DNA of 64,000 bases from Octopus vulgaris (Eukaryota): the NCBI GenBank assembly GCA_951406725.2, contig OX597814.1, positions 158,224,001 through 158,288,000 of the forward strand, read 5' to 3'. Below are positions 1 through 12,719 of this stretch, piece after piece (positions within the stretch are counted from its first letter, which is position 1; every line of letters begins with the position of its first letter). Position numbers and translations under genes: made by a program. The notes under the pieces are model-generated. The model did not search any database, was not told where the DNA came from, and saw only the letters and a list, made by a program, of their open reading frames with translations.

Positions 1-316
1 CGTTGCAAGTGTTTATTAAGCGAAAACACCTATAAGCTTCACGAGGCTCCGGCAGGGAGTGTGTGGGCGAACCCTGCTGTACTCTTTCACGATAACTTTC
101 TCTTACTCCTTCTTCCTGTTTCTGTTGTACCTGTATTTCAAAGTTGTACCTGTATTTCAAAGGGCCAGCCTTGTCACGCTGAATCTCTCCAAGAGCTACG
201 TTAAGGGTACACGTGTCTGTGGAGTGCTCAGCCACTTGCACGTTAATTTCACAAGCAGGCAGTTCCGTTGATTGGATCAACTGGAACCCTCGTCGTCGTA
301 ACCGACGGATTGCCAG
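1..316 (+). mobile_element. 3' part of an interspersed retroposon (SINE/LINE tail), unclassified
   Basis: GC-richer block ending in an A-run at 317-326; internal 19-bp tandem duplication GTTGTACCTGTATTTCAAA (125-162). Family assignment is inference. Confidence 0.35.
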
Positions 317-741
317 AAAAAAAAAATATAAACGTCTGTGATTTTGATGTGGATAAAGGAACTACTGTGATTTCAGAAGCCTTAAAAATTAGCGTAAAGC
401 TTTACCTGTTGATAAATTTTGACATAGACCAAGTGATGGCAATATTCTTCGAATATATCTTCTAATAGTTCTGTTTTTTATTTTTCCTAAATGCGGACAG
501 CATAATTATTATTTCTTTCATACATTCCGTTATATGATTTAGAAGAGTAATTAATATCGTAAATACTTGCTAAGTTAATGATATGGTTAATGATATAAAT
601 TTCTATGCGGCATGATTTTTTATTCTACCCATTGCACATACCATCCCTGTCTTTATTTTTTACAGTTTAAAGAAATATGTGTAGGTCTGCAAAATAGGTG
701 AGGATGGACAAAGGTGCTAAATAGGCGGGTTTTGAATAAAT

Positions 742-796
<55 letters not shown>

Positions 797-799
<3 letters not shown>

Positions 800-2020
800 T
801 CTGCCAAACGATGACTTTCGACAAGCCCGAAACTGTAAAAACCTGGCAATCTAGAGTCAATAAAATCTTGGAAGGCTTGTTTTACAGCATCATCGGAATT
901 CAAACTTTTCCTATCAAAATGTTATCCAAATTCCAGAAGAAGTGGTAATCGGTGGGGTCAAGATCAAGTGAGTATGGTGGATGATGGAGAAATTCCAACT
1001 CCAGCTCCTGTAGTTTCGCCAATGTTATTTTTGCGATGTGTGGTCTGACGTTGTCTTGCAATTAAATAGGTGGATTTGTTGACTAATCTAGGCTGTTCTT
1101 TTTTTGTAAGTTTCTGCATCATTTGGTCCAGTTGGCTGCAGTATACTTCAGCTGTGATTGATGAGCCATGTTTAATAAAATTATAATGGATCACACCTGC
1201 GCCAGACCATCAAACAAACACCATCAGCTTCTTTTGATGAATTTTGCTTTTTGGACTGTGTTTTAGTGGCCCGTCTTTGTCTAGCCATCGTGCTGAATAT
1301 TTACGGCTGTTGTATTTAATCCATGTCTCATCACATGTTACAATTCGATTCAAAAATGATTAATTTTTGTGACGAGAAAGTAACATAATACAGGCTTCCG
1401 AACTTTGATGTTTCTGATTTTCATTGATTTCATGTGGAACCCATTTATCCAACTTTTTCACTTTACCGATTTGAACTAGGTGAGTCAATATTGTGTTTGC
1501 TTGCTAACCCCAAACAACAACGATAATTCACGGGCACTTTGAAATGGTTCTGACTGGACGATGGCCTTCAGTTCGTCAGTGTCTACCTTTGTTTCTGGTC
1601 GACCGCGTTGCTCATTTGTGAGGTCAAGTTACGAGAACGAAATTTTGCAAACCAATTTGATACTGTCAGCTGTGTAATAACATTAGAATGAAATACCCCA
1701 TTAATATTCCGAGCCGTCTGTGATGCTGTACTTCCAAGAAAAACTCATATTTCAAAATTGTACGAATTTCCGACTTATCCATCTCTAAACTCATATTTCA
1801 AAACTGTACGAATTTCCGACTTATCCATCTCTAAACAAAGATAGCAATTTATAGACGATTTATAAATACTTTATAAATCGCAAAATTAGTTAGAATAAAG
1901 GAATAGATGTGTCAGCTTTGTACCAAAATATATTGTCAAAATATAATAATGGCGCAAAATGAGCAGCTGTCAAAGTTTACCATATACCTTACTACAAATT
2001 TCATACTGAACGACCTAATA
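797..2020 (-). mobile_element. Decayed mariner (DD34D) transposon, 3' end lost at the (CT)n tract
   Basis: Minus-strand translation gives MDKSEIRTILKYEF (ATG at 1782), KWVPH, FLNRIVTCDETW, HYNFIKHGSSITAEVYCSQL, HPPYSLDL and DAVKQAFQDFIDSR, with frameshifts. TIR-like end TA-TTAGGTCGTTCAGTATGAAA at 2020. A 46-bp tandem duplication covers the start codon (~1741-1836). Confidence 0.9.
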
Positions 2021-2140
2021 TAATCAGGCAGAGCATGATGGTACAGCAATATGTTCTCAAAAGAATCAAACTGGTACGATTTCAATGCATTTATAAGGAC
2101 TGTTTTTTTCGAATCTGTACTTGTACAGTAGAATTGACAG

Positions 2141-2156
2141 AATGAAGCTGATGATG

Positions 2157-2188
<32 letters not shown>

Positions 2189-2458
2189 GAAGATGATGAG
2201 GAGGAGGATGAATTTCTGTGCTTACATTGTCAGTAGAAACAGCACTGCATCAGAAAACCCAATAATATATTTGATGAAAAATATTAAACACACACACTAC
2301 GCGTGCGCGCACACACGCACACACCAGCTTGATCCGTTAACACACGGCGTGGACGGTTCTACGATACCCCACGTGATAGTGAGCGGGTTATTATCAGCCT
2401 TCATGTCTCAGATATGGTCAGCTGAGATCTGTGTGTCAGAAAGAAGACTGTTTGCTGG

Positions 2459-2535
<77 letters not shown>

Positions 2536-2836
2536 GTCTGTCTATCTATCTATCTATGACTTGTCCCATCTGTGTGCAGCCCTGTGTGGCCAATAAAGAA
2601 ACTTATCTCTATCTTTATATCTATCTATCTTTGTCTATCTCTATCTATCTATCTCTATCTATCTATCTCTATCTATCTCTATCTCTATCTACGTCTATCT
2701 CTCTATATCTATCTATCTATCTATCTCTATCTATCTCTCTATCTCTATCTCTCTCTATCTATCTCTATCTATCTCTCTATTTCTATCTCTCTCTTTTCTA
2801 TCTATCTATTTCTATCTAAATATAGATAGATAGACA
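2141..2836. repeat. Microsatellite blocks (GAT)n at ~2147-2210 and (TATC)n/(TATCTC)n at ~2458-2836
   Basis: Read directly; these account for ORFs 2121..2819 and 2572..2829. Confidence 0.95.
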
Positions 2837-2953
2837 GACATTTCTTTTTACTATATTATTTTATATCTTATACTAATATTAAAATATTATAAATAAAATA
2901 TGAAAAACAGAGTTGAAATTCCTTTGAATAATATATGTATATATACATGTATA

Positions 2954-2984
<31 letters not shown>

Positions 2985-3073
2985 ATATGTGTGTGTGTGT
3001 GTATATATATATATATGTATACATATGTATGTGTATATATATGTATATGTATGTATATACGTACACACATACT

Positions 3074-3130
<57 letters not shown>

Positions 3131-3670
3131 TATATAGAGGGCATTATTACACATAAATTCCACACGCTATGAGGGACTTTTAAAGTCAAAACTACTAAAA
3201 TAAATAAACATATCGTACCGAATGCAACTCTCGAAGCAAGTCATTTAAAAACAGAATTCAGCTGCAGATCACCTGTGATTTAGTAATCAGTGCAGTGATT
3301 TGCAGTCTTTACTCCTCAGTGCAAGCATAATTCGAGATTTATAATGAATGAACAAAATCAGCATACCAGACGAACAACCATCGTATCCATCGTAGTATAT
3401 AGAACTGTTCACCCCTTATATATCTATGTAAATAGCGGGCTTTTTCGAATTGCATTTCGGTAACAACGTGCATATTCGGAATGAAAATTCAGTATTGAAT
3501 ATACTCCGGTTAAATTTATAATTTAAAAATAGGATAAAATCTTCATAAGAATCTATCATTACGTGTAATAATACCCTCCTTATAATATAAATAAATATAT
3601 GTAAGTGAAAATATTTGTGGATTTCTTCTCTTATGAGGTTTTTTCATATATATATATATATATATATATG

Positions 3671-4487
3671 TATAGAAATTAAATATAAAATATAAATTAC
3701 AAAGTGGGACAAGAACGCAAAAACACACAAGGAGACGACACAAAAAAACAGACGGGTCACTCGAAGCCTCTAATCTTCAGTCGGGAACCGGATCATCTTA
3801 GTAATTTCCGCTGTTTAATCTCGATATTACTCCGACCCGGCCAGCCCCAAGGAAAAACCAAGCCACAGGCATTGGATTTCTTGGAATGAGGGTCGAATTT
3901 ATACGGAACAAAGACAGAATGCCACACGAATATAAATACAAGAAACAAAAATATATATAAAAAAAAACAGAAATAAAAAACACGAATGGTGGACAGTACA
4001 AGGACAGGAGCGTCTTACGACTTTAGACAATTTTTAACTTATCTTGGCTGGCGTATATGAAAAAAGCCTTCAACGGCAAAAACGAAAACAACGTAAGCGT
4101 GGCCGCGATCAGGCCGAAATGACCAGTTTGAACGCGGTCACGTGAGAGCACGGAAGAAAGAGAAAGAAAAAAGAAAGGCAGGGAGCAAGGAATCAAAGAG
4201 AGAGGGAAAGAAAGGGACGAAGGCACCAGGGGAGAGAGAGAGAGAGAAGGGAGTAATAAGAGAGGGGAGAAGAAACAGGATTGGCACAGCAATAGAAATG
4301 ACGGTGCAAATAAGCTGGGGGAAGAATCAGAGGCAAGAAAAGAGAAAGACACATACTATAGAGAGAGTGTGTAAAGACGTCGTACAAGGTAAAAATGTGT
4401 AGTATACATAGGAGATAGGGTTACGTAACGCCGCAATAATATATGTATAGAAATCAAATATAAAATATAAATTACAAAGTGGGACAA
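3671..4487 (-). mobile_element. Non-autonomous PLE-like element with a ~45-bp terminal direct repeat, flanked by (TA)n
   Basis: TATAGAAAT(T/C)AAATATAAAATATAAATTACAAAGTGGGACAA occurs at 3671-3712 and ~4446-4487. Homologous to 25545-25997. Carries a rearranged HHR. Confidence 0.6.
3774..3848 (-). ncRNA. Rearranged (non-circularly permuted) hammerhead ribozyme, copy A
   Basis: Minus strand: GGGGCUGG-CCGGGUC-GGA-GUAA-UA^-UCGAGA-UUAAA-CAGCG-GAAA-UUAC-UAAGAU-GAUCCGG-U-UCCCGA-CUGAAGA. Predicted cut between 3825 and 3824. Confidence 0.7.
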
Positions 4488-5040
4488 ATATATATATATA
4501 TTTCGTTACACACACGCGCACACATATACACACATTGCTTAAACATATACATCACTCTTACACACATTCAATCTACTCGCCACTAATACTACCACGACAC
4601 TGGACACACACACACACTACTACTCAACACACGCTGGCACGCTACATACGCCCCCACCCCTTCCCCTCCCTCCCTTCCTCCTTCCTCCCTTTTCTCACTA
4701 CTGACCTTTGTCTGCTATGCTGCTGCTATGCTGACCACCGTCTCGCCCTACCTCACACGCCTACACACAGACGCACACACTAACACATACATATATTTTT
4801 TGTTTTTTTACCTCGCCTCACACACACACATACACACACGCACACGCACACACTCACACATACACACACATCTGTTGCGTTACCAACCTTGTCTCCACTC
4901 TTTTGCCTTTAAAAACCCACTTTGCTCTTGTTATCGTAAACATCCGCCTTTCACCATGTGCTTCTGCTAACACCAGCCGTTTTTTTCTCTATCTCCGTTG
5001 CCCGCTCCGGGATCTTTCTTTCTCTCTCTTCCTTCTTTAT

Positions 5041-5072
5041 GTTTCCGACGAAGAGCTCCGCTCGAAACGTCA
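5041..5072 (+). ncRNA. Minimal type-I hammerhead-like motif (degenerate) near the 3' end of a CT-rich PLE-like remnant (~4510-5165)
   Basis: CCGACGA-A-GAGC-UCC-GCUC-GAAA-CGUC. Core has U4>C and helix I is poor; (TA)n follows at ~5168. Confidence 0.55.
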
Positions 5073-6033
5073 TACCTCCCTGCTTCCATTTCCTGAGCGC
5101 CTATTAATAATAATACTGTAATTGTTCCCTTGTTGTTGTTTTTTTGTTTCCCGTTTGGATTAAAATTATATATATATATATATATATAGGTACTGTAAAT
5201 TTAGAGTGAATACTTGATAAATGTATGCACCTGTGTATGCCAGACAGATTTATATATATATATACATACATATATATACATGTATATATTATGTTTATAT
5301 ATAAATCTATTTCCCTATATACTGACCCAGAACAAGAAAGACAATGACGTCAGTGGTGTGTTTCGATATAGTAGAAAATTAGTACTGTTTAGGGCTTGAT
5401 AAATTAAGGGATTTGAATAAATTTTCATCGTATTTATACATCTTACTACATTTAGTGACCATATATAGCTTTAAGTTATATTACTCGCTGTGGGCATATC
5501 AAATGTTGTTTTATCTGTGAAGAAAATCAATAAGATTTGAAACCGTTCGGTTTGGTTCATTTTTGTGCTTACGGGAAGACTATAAAAGTCACTTGTTAGA
5601 TACCTCACGATACAATGTTGATTGCAAAAAAAATTATGCATAATTAAATGATTATGTATATATGTACACAAGCCCGCTTTTGATCAATGTCATAAACAAA
5701 ACATTTTCAACATTACATGACATACAAAAATAATTGATAAATGAAAAATCCTGATTATAATCGATAAGCTTTCATATTAGCTTGTTCTTAAGCTGGTTTT
5801 GTATATTTGAGGAACTCGCTCAGCAGGTGAGCGTGTTTGTCTTGAGCATGTTAATTACATAATCATTTAATGCTGTAACTCTCTCAACTTTGTAGATAGA
5901 GCTGCTACAATAAACAAAACTGTGAACTTTACTACTCAATGAAGGACCCCTAGCTGTAAAATTCATTCTAAAGCCTTGCGTTTATTAATGATTTTCTTTT
6001 AACAACAACGCAACATTAACAATAATGATAACA

Positions 6034-6222
6034 ATCCTTTCAAAGCCTGAAATGTAGTTGGAAGGGCTTGTCAATCACATCGATCCCAGTACTTAATTTA
6101 CCGACCTTGAACAATGAAAGGCACAGTTGACTTGGGAGGAATTTGAATACAGAACTTAAAGGCAGATAAAATGCTGTTAAACATTTAGTTCGGCATATTA
6201 ACGATTATGCCAGTTTGCTGCT
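6034..6222 (-). mobile_element. tRNA-derived SINE, family B (diverged copy)
   Basis: Aligns by eye to 59976-60202 (ATCGATCCCAG...ATGAAAGGCACAGTTGAC...GGAATTTGAA). Confidence 0.75.
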
Positions 6223-6244
6223 TTAGCAATAATAATAATAATAA

Positions 6245-6337
<93 letters not shown>

Positions 6338-6341
<4 letters not shown>

Positions 6342-7173
6342 GGACTAAACTAAACGCAAAAGAAATAGACAAAGAAAAATCCCAGCAATGGTTGAGAAGC
6401 TCAGGACTCAAAGCAGAAACAGAGGGATTTTTAATTGCAGCACAAGACCAAAGCCTCCCCACCAGAAATTACCAAAAACATGTAATGAAAAGAAATATTA
6501 CAAGTAACTGCAGAATATGTGGAGATGGACAAGAAACAATAAATCATATTATCTCTAGCTGCCCAGTCCTGGCTAAGAAGGAATATATTCACAGACATGA
6601 CAGAGTTGGAACCTACATACATTGGAAGCTATGCCAACATTATGGAATAACAACAGAAAAAAGATGGTATAGGCACACACCAGAAAAGGTCACAGAAAAC
6701 GAGAAAGCAACCATACTCTGGGATATGCCGATACACACAGATAGAGAAATTAAGGCTAACAGACCAGATATAGTTGTCAGAGATCATGGAGAAAAAAAAT
6801 GCTTTCTAATTGATGTATCAATACCGGCTGATGACAACGTGTCTCTAAAAGAAATGGAGAAACTCTCAAAATACAAAGACCTGGAAATAGAGGTAACTAG
6901 AATGTGGAATCTGAAAACAAACAATTCCTATCATAGTAGGTGCATTAGGCATGATAAAAAAATATTCAGACAAATACATAACAAAAACACCAGGACTTAC
7001 AAACACATATAACATACAGAAAATTGCACTACTAGGCACTGCACACATCCTACGCAGAACACTTTCCATACAATAACCATCAGAGCATCACAACAAATCA
7101 CAGCACATACCCAAGGCACACAGAGCTGTGCTCGGTAGTGAAGTGAAAGCACGCTATAAAAATAAAACTACTG
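6338..7173 (+). mobile_element. 5'-truncated R4/Dong-clade non-LTR retrotransposon (CCHC finger + restriction-like endonuclease) inserted in (TAA)n
   Basis: ORF 6392..7012 shows AAQDQ, CRIC-x5-ETINHIISSC, RHD, ILWD, RPDIV, LIDVSIP and EKLSKY. Frameshift near 6918, then IPIIVGALG...GTAHILR with a stop at ~7076. (TAA)n on both sides (6228-6338, 7174-7263), the known Dong target. Confidence 0.9.
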
Positions 7174-7180
7174 AATAATG

Positions 7181-7262
<82 letters not shown>

Positions 7263-7263
<1 letters not shown>

Positions 7264-7477
7264 CTTTTCTACTATAGGCACAAGGCCTGTAATTAGGGAG
7301 AAAGAGACTGGTAGATTACATTAACCCCAGTGAAACACTGGCACTTAATTTATCGACCCCGAAAGAATGAAAGCCAAAGTTGACCTGGGCGGAGTTTGAA
7401 AGCAGAACAAAAAGGCGGATTAAATACCGCTAAACATTTAGTCAGGTGTGCTAACGATTGCGCAAATTTTCTGCCTT
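7263..7477 (-). mobile_element. tRNA-derived SINE, family B
   Basis: ATCGACCCCGAAAGAATGAAAGCCAAAGTTGACCTGGGCGGAGTTTGAA core shared with 59976-60202. Confidence 0.8.
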
Positions 7478-7514
7478 ACCAACAACAGCAACAACAACAA
7501 CAATAACAATAACT

Positions 7515-8053
7515 AGGCAGTTACTCTCATGGCTTTTGATATTAACTGATTGGAAGTGTTATCATGTACATTGTCTTGTCTTGGTATCAAAAGATGGGTC
7601 ACAGCAAATATTTTGTTCAATACCACAAATTTACTTGTCATTTGTTTGACCTTAACCAGCTGAAGATGTCCCTTAGTGGCTGACGATATGTGCATTTCTA
7701 GTCACATGCAGAAATAGTGGGGGAGCATCACAGCCATGTGCTGAGAGGAATTCTTTGGGGTTTCAATAATTCACCTCAGGAAACATGAGTATTTTGTTCA
7801 TCATTCTTAAAACAACACTTATTCAGGGACTTTTGAGCAGGATGGGCTACTCGACCTGAAGAAAATTCTAACTGGATTCCAACTGCAAGGTCATGCGCTG
7901 TTTGTCTTGATATGAGATCACTATGTCGTGCACGTATGGTTGTGATGCATGTACCTGGTGTACCCTTATCGGATGGTAGACATGATGGGTATATTGGGAT
8001 TCGTATATTTGTATCCCGGTGTCACTTTGATAGTATGCACTGCTCTCTCACTC
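7515..8053 (+). mobile_element. Non-coding (TAA)n-associated element; an internally deleted copy lies at 15535-15640
   Basis: Both ends match the reverse complement of 15535-15640; both copies end in ...CTCTCTCACTC followed by (AAT)n. Confidence 0.7.
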
Positions 8054-8054
8054 G

Positions 8055-8121
<67 letters not shown>

Positions 8122-8134
8122 GGATGATGATGAA

Positions 8135-8194
<60 letters not shown>

Positions 8195-8334
8195 AAGGAG
8201 GAGGAGGAGGAGGATCTCATTTTCGATTGGGTATCAAATGAGGCAAGGCAAAACAAAGAAAAATTACAATCTGTATGTGGAGGTACATAAAATTAAACGT
8301 CGGTAGACATTTTTATTATAATCAGTAACAGATG

Positions 8335-9500
8335 TTATTGTATACATATATTTGTCCGTTTAAATATGGCAAAAGCTATATTCATACAGAGAAAAATCCC
8401 ATTATATTTGATTAGTCTGAGTACCTGAGGAGAATACTTAGTTAACATGTTGCCTCGTATCTTTCGCAGACAAAATGATGAATGAGGTATTTTAAAGGCA
8501 GGTGACGGTAACACTTTCAAAGAGCCATTCCAGCTCGTAGGGATCGACTGATTAAGAATACTCACAAACGATGTTTTCCATACTTTATGAAACCTATCAG
8601 AGTGCAGCCGGTCAATAAAGTCTGGAATTGACACTGATTTCATTAGTTCGCCACCTGAGAAAGTGCCACGTCCCAGCTTTGGCTCTTGTCGCATCGAACA
8701 GGTAGTTTGTGATGCCGCTCACTCTTATACAGTTCCCTTAGTGTAACCCAATCGGCTCTTGTTGCGATGGAAACAATTGACAATATAATTGAGTTGGCAC
8801 TAGGTGACGTCCTTTTCATGTTGAACTGATGGAGCGTTCGATAGATTAAGGCTCTGCTGCATCCAGGTCCTTTAGGCTGTTTCGTACACCCAGATTGCAT
8901 AGGTTCTGCTGTGTTGGGAACCTTGTTGTTTATCAGCACAAAAAGAGGCCATTGTTGATAATAGGCATGCTGACAGCCCTAATTTAACAAGGGGCCGAAC
9001 ACAAAGGCTTCTATAACTGTAACATAACCATTTGGTGTCGTCAAATAGGAAGTAATATATATTTGCACTACACGTGCTAAAACTTTCGGATTCGGTGAAG
9101 CAGTGCACGTGGTTGTAACAGAGGCACTGCAAAAGTAGGACAACAGTTTCAGTATGGCGCTACAGTTCTTCGACAGGAAAAGGATTAGACGCTTGTGAAA
9201 CAGAAGATGCAGTTTGCTCACGAATGTTTCGAGCTGATGGGACTTGGATTTAATGGTCAGCTGGACAACGATTAATCTCAAGTCTATTTCTTGACAAATC
9301 GAGAACTGCTGTTGCAGATCTGTCAGCAGAACTGTCTATCGTATCAAATACTAAAAGATAGTGTGATACGGTGGTGTTGTGAACAAAGAGAAGTACAATG
9401 GATCTGCTTGTTGGGTGTCGGCTGAAGGTTATATGACATGTGGATAGACGTACGATTTCATCTAAGATAGATTTCGGGTGATCTTGACACATACAGCTGA
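8335..9500 (-). mobile_element. Highly decayed non-LTR retrotransposon C-terminal region (L1/Tx1-like, tentative)
   Basis: Overlapping non-repetitive minus-strand ORF fragments, including a Zn-knuckle-like stretch (TLRELYK...PVRCDKSQ). No catalytic motif is intact. Confidence 0.35.
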
Positions 9501-10564
9501 AGACATCTTCATATAAAATTTCTATAATATATGCAATCAGATAAACAATTACGTTTGGTACGACACGGACACTTTATCTAATTTCATGCTCGAAAAGTTA
9601 GATTTTACTCTTTTCCTTGTGGCAACATGGTCTATTCCATTTTGCAAGCTTCTTCTACTAAATATTTGCTGACACACAGCCTCCCTAATTTCTTAGGTTT
9701 CTAATTTAATCACCAGGTAAATGGTAAAATGTTATATTTTCGTACAGACATATTGTCACGAATTCCTAAGATTTGAGTGAATCGACTGGCACTTGACTTA
9801 TTTCGTTGACGCAAAATTGAAAAAGGAAAACTCTGTAGTATTTGAACTCAGAACGTGAAGTTACGAAACTAACTTCTACTAGGCACTTAATACGCCAGCC
9901 TATTGTTTATTCAGCGGTGCGAGTTTTGTTTAATGAAGTTGTTGTTGTTCAACCTCAACTCAACCCATCTGTAGCAGACCTAAGATCAAATTCGGTCCAG
10001 CTATGACCATCCCGTTGTCTATTCAAACACACACACACACACACAAAAAAAAAAAACACACAAACACACACACTCACTCACATGAATATATTTGCCAATG
10101 TTCTATTAAGAGATATGGCCACCATTCCGAGCTATCGCATAGGGACGTCCTGTTTGGTTTAGAAGGCCTACTCGTCCTTCCTCCTTCCTTTTACAAGCTC
10201 TAAACCACGTCTGTAGATTTGAATATTTGGATTTCTTATCAACAAATTACGAAGTTTATAAAATGCATTTATAATGTTCAAATAAATTTAAAATATTTCA
10301 ATTTATCTGAGACTACAATGTTAATTCAACAAAAGATCCTTTACATAGTCACATGAAATAACAGTCAAGTCTCCCTCAAAACACATCGTTTTACGAAAGG
10401 ACACATTAAGTGATGTATGCTTAGAAACATTAAATTACAAAACAGAAAAACCGGATGATCATAGCTGGAACACTTTTGATCATTGCTCTGCTGAGCGTAA
10501 TAATGAATGTTATATTACGATATGTACGTAAGATGCTGTATAGTTGTTAAATGTTTGGAGAGAA

Positions 10565-10800
10565 TGAATTGACCGAGATGTTAGAAAGTCAGACAGAAAC
10601 CCTTTGTTCCGACGACCAACATCCTGAGTTCAAATACAGCTAGAATCAGCTTTTTCTTTTATTCATCCGTGATCGATAAAAAAGATTTAAAAGAAAAATC
10701 CCGTTCTCCGGATTGGCGGAACTGTTGGTACGTGGGATAGGATGCCTTGTAATTTGCTCCGATTCATAGCGTTCTGACTTCAAATCCCTCCTCAGTTGCC
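10565..10800 (+). mobile_element. Two decayed family-B SINE heads
   Basis: GAGTTCAAATAC...TTCATCCGTGATCGATAAA and TTGGCGGAACTGTTGG...GTTCTGACTTCAAATC. Confidence 0.45.
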
Positions 10801-11015
10801 TCCGATTAAGTAGTTGACTTAATTAGTCACCCGGTCTAACACCATCACCAGGAACTTTGAATGTCTTCAGCACAGATCAATCTATTGCAATCATTCGGGC
10901 TTGATTTCCGGTATGAGTATATCGTCCGCCTCCCCTCATTTCTAACAGTATTGGAGGCCAATGAGCATTGCTTTTGCTCCTTAAAGAGCTAAAGAAATTC
11001 AACAAATATTTTTTT

Positions 11016-11253
11016 TATTCTTTTACGTGTTTCGGTTATATTACTGCAGCCGTGCTGGAGCACTGCCTTGAAGGGTTCTACTTGAACATATCGGCCCTAT
11101 GACTTATTTTTTAAGCCTAGTACTTATTCTATCGATCTCTGTCGACCGAACTACTAAGTTACAGAAAGGTAAACAAACCAGCACGGGTTGTCAAGAGGTG
11201 ATGGAGGAACAAACACAAAAACACACGCAAATACACACACACATACACACACA
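11016..11253 (-). mobile_element. SINE family A, 3' half
   Basis: Matches 43118-43330 (GCCGTGCTGGAGCAC...AAGCCTAGTACTTATTCTATCG...GGTTGTCAAG). Confidence 0.8.
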
Positions 11254-11501
11254 CAGTAAGTCACATGAAAGTCTTCATGCCCAGATAGATAATGATCTTG
11301 GACACCAACCGCCTCTTACAGCTTATGTCAAAAAACTTGTAAAACAATATCTGGACTTAAAAAACATGCTAATTCACAAAAAATTCCTTTAGAATCAGAT
11401 TCCAAAGGGCAAAGCTATGAGAGCAACTTGAATAATATCTGTCACTTGAGTTTTAAACCCTGTCAATCAGCAGCTGGTCTTAAAAGTTAACTAAGTGATC
11501 C

Positions 11502-12645
11502 CGCCCACACTGCCGCACTTGCCCTTACTTCTCCAACACCATCCTCCACACCGGCACCCATCATCGACCCTATCATATCATTGACTCCTTCACTTGCACT
11601 TCTACCAATGTCATATACTGCATCTCCTGCTCTCTCTGCCCTTCTCTATACATCGGGCAAACGGGACACCGGTTCGCGGAACACCTCCGAGACATCCGAC
11701 TCTGCAATGAAACCCCGGTTGCGCGCCATTTCCGCTCTACTGGTCACTCTTTGCAACATCTGTCTGTGTTCGGACTGCCCTTGCGCAGAGGCCATCCAGA
11801 CTCCCGTTTGCGCCGTAAACAGGGATTAATCTTCTCTCTTCGCTCCTTTGCCCCACATGGGCTCCCCTCTTCCTCTGACTCCTTCACTCTCCTCTCTCCC
11901 TCTCACACTTGCTTCCTCCCACCCACCTCTCCTCTCTTGCTCCGACTCCTACCTCTTCTCTTCATTTCCACCCAACTTCTCCCTTCCCCTCTCCCTTCAC
12001 CGTCACTCCTCCCTCGTAACCTGCACAATCTAACCCCACCTTCCCTATCCACCCCATCCCACCCACCCCATCACTAACGTTCCCTCCCATATATCCCACC
12101 TCTACCCCACCCTCAGCTTAACCCACACTCCACCTTTGCTTTCCCCACACTCGCCTCCCCCACATCCCAACACCATCACACCATCACACCACACACCACT
12201 ACGCTATACACCACCATACCACACAACACCACACAATATCACATCACACCACCACGCACACTCTAGCACTGACCACTTCCCTGCCCCACATCCACACACC
12301 TACACATACACACACGCACACGTCAAGGTCACCAGCCCTCTTACACATGCACATAATGCTCTTTATACACACTCACGCGCACCTTCGTTTTGGGATCACC
12401 ACTACTTTATTATATCCCCTTCTTCCTAGCTCTCCTGTGTGACCCCTCTGTTCGGCATTTGCCATGAGAGATCGCTAGCCACTACACATTCTTTATTTTC
12501 TCTCCTTGTTTCTTTGTGTTCCTTTCTGTGGAAGAACGTAGGCTCGAACGTTAAAGACTTTTTCACTTCCCGAGCTTTAAACTAATACATGTTTGTTGTC
12601 TACACCACTTGTCTTCGTCTTTTGTTTTTTGTGAATTCTCTCTAC
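11502..12645 (+). mobile_element. Penelope-like element 3' remnant: GIY-YIG endonuclease + tail with degenerate HHR
   Basis: 11502-11865 reads RPHCRTCPY...SFTCTSTNVIYCISCSLCPSLYIGQTGHRFAEHLRDIR...PVARHF...LIFSLRSFAPHGL. HHR-like CUUU-CUGUGGA...GGCUC-GAA-CGUU-AAAG at 12522-12556. Ends at (CA)/(TA)n. Confidence 0.85.
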
Positions 12646-12653
12646 ACACGCAC

Positions 12654-12710
<57 letters not shown>

Positions 12711-12719
12711 CACATATAT

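Noticed and set aside
7949-8306. Poly-N/D/E ORF
   Set aside because: (AAT)n-(GAT)n-(GAG)n microsatellite translation.
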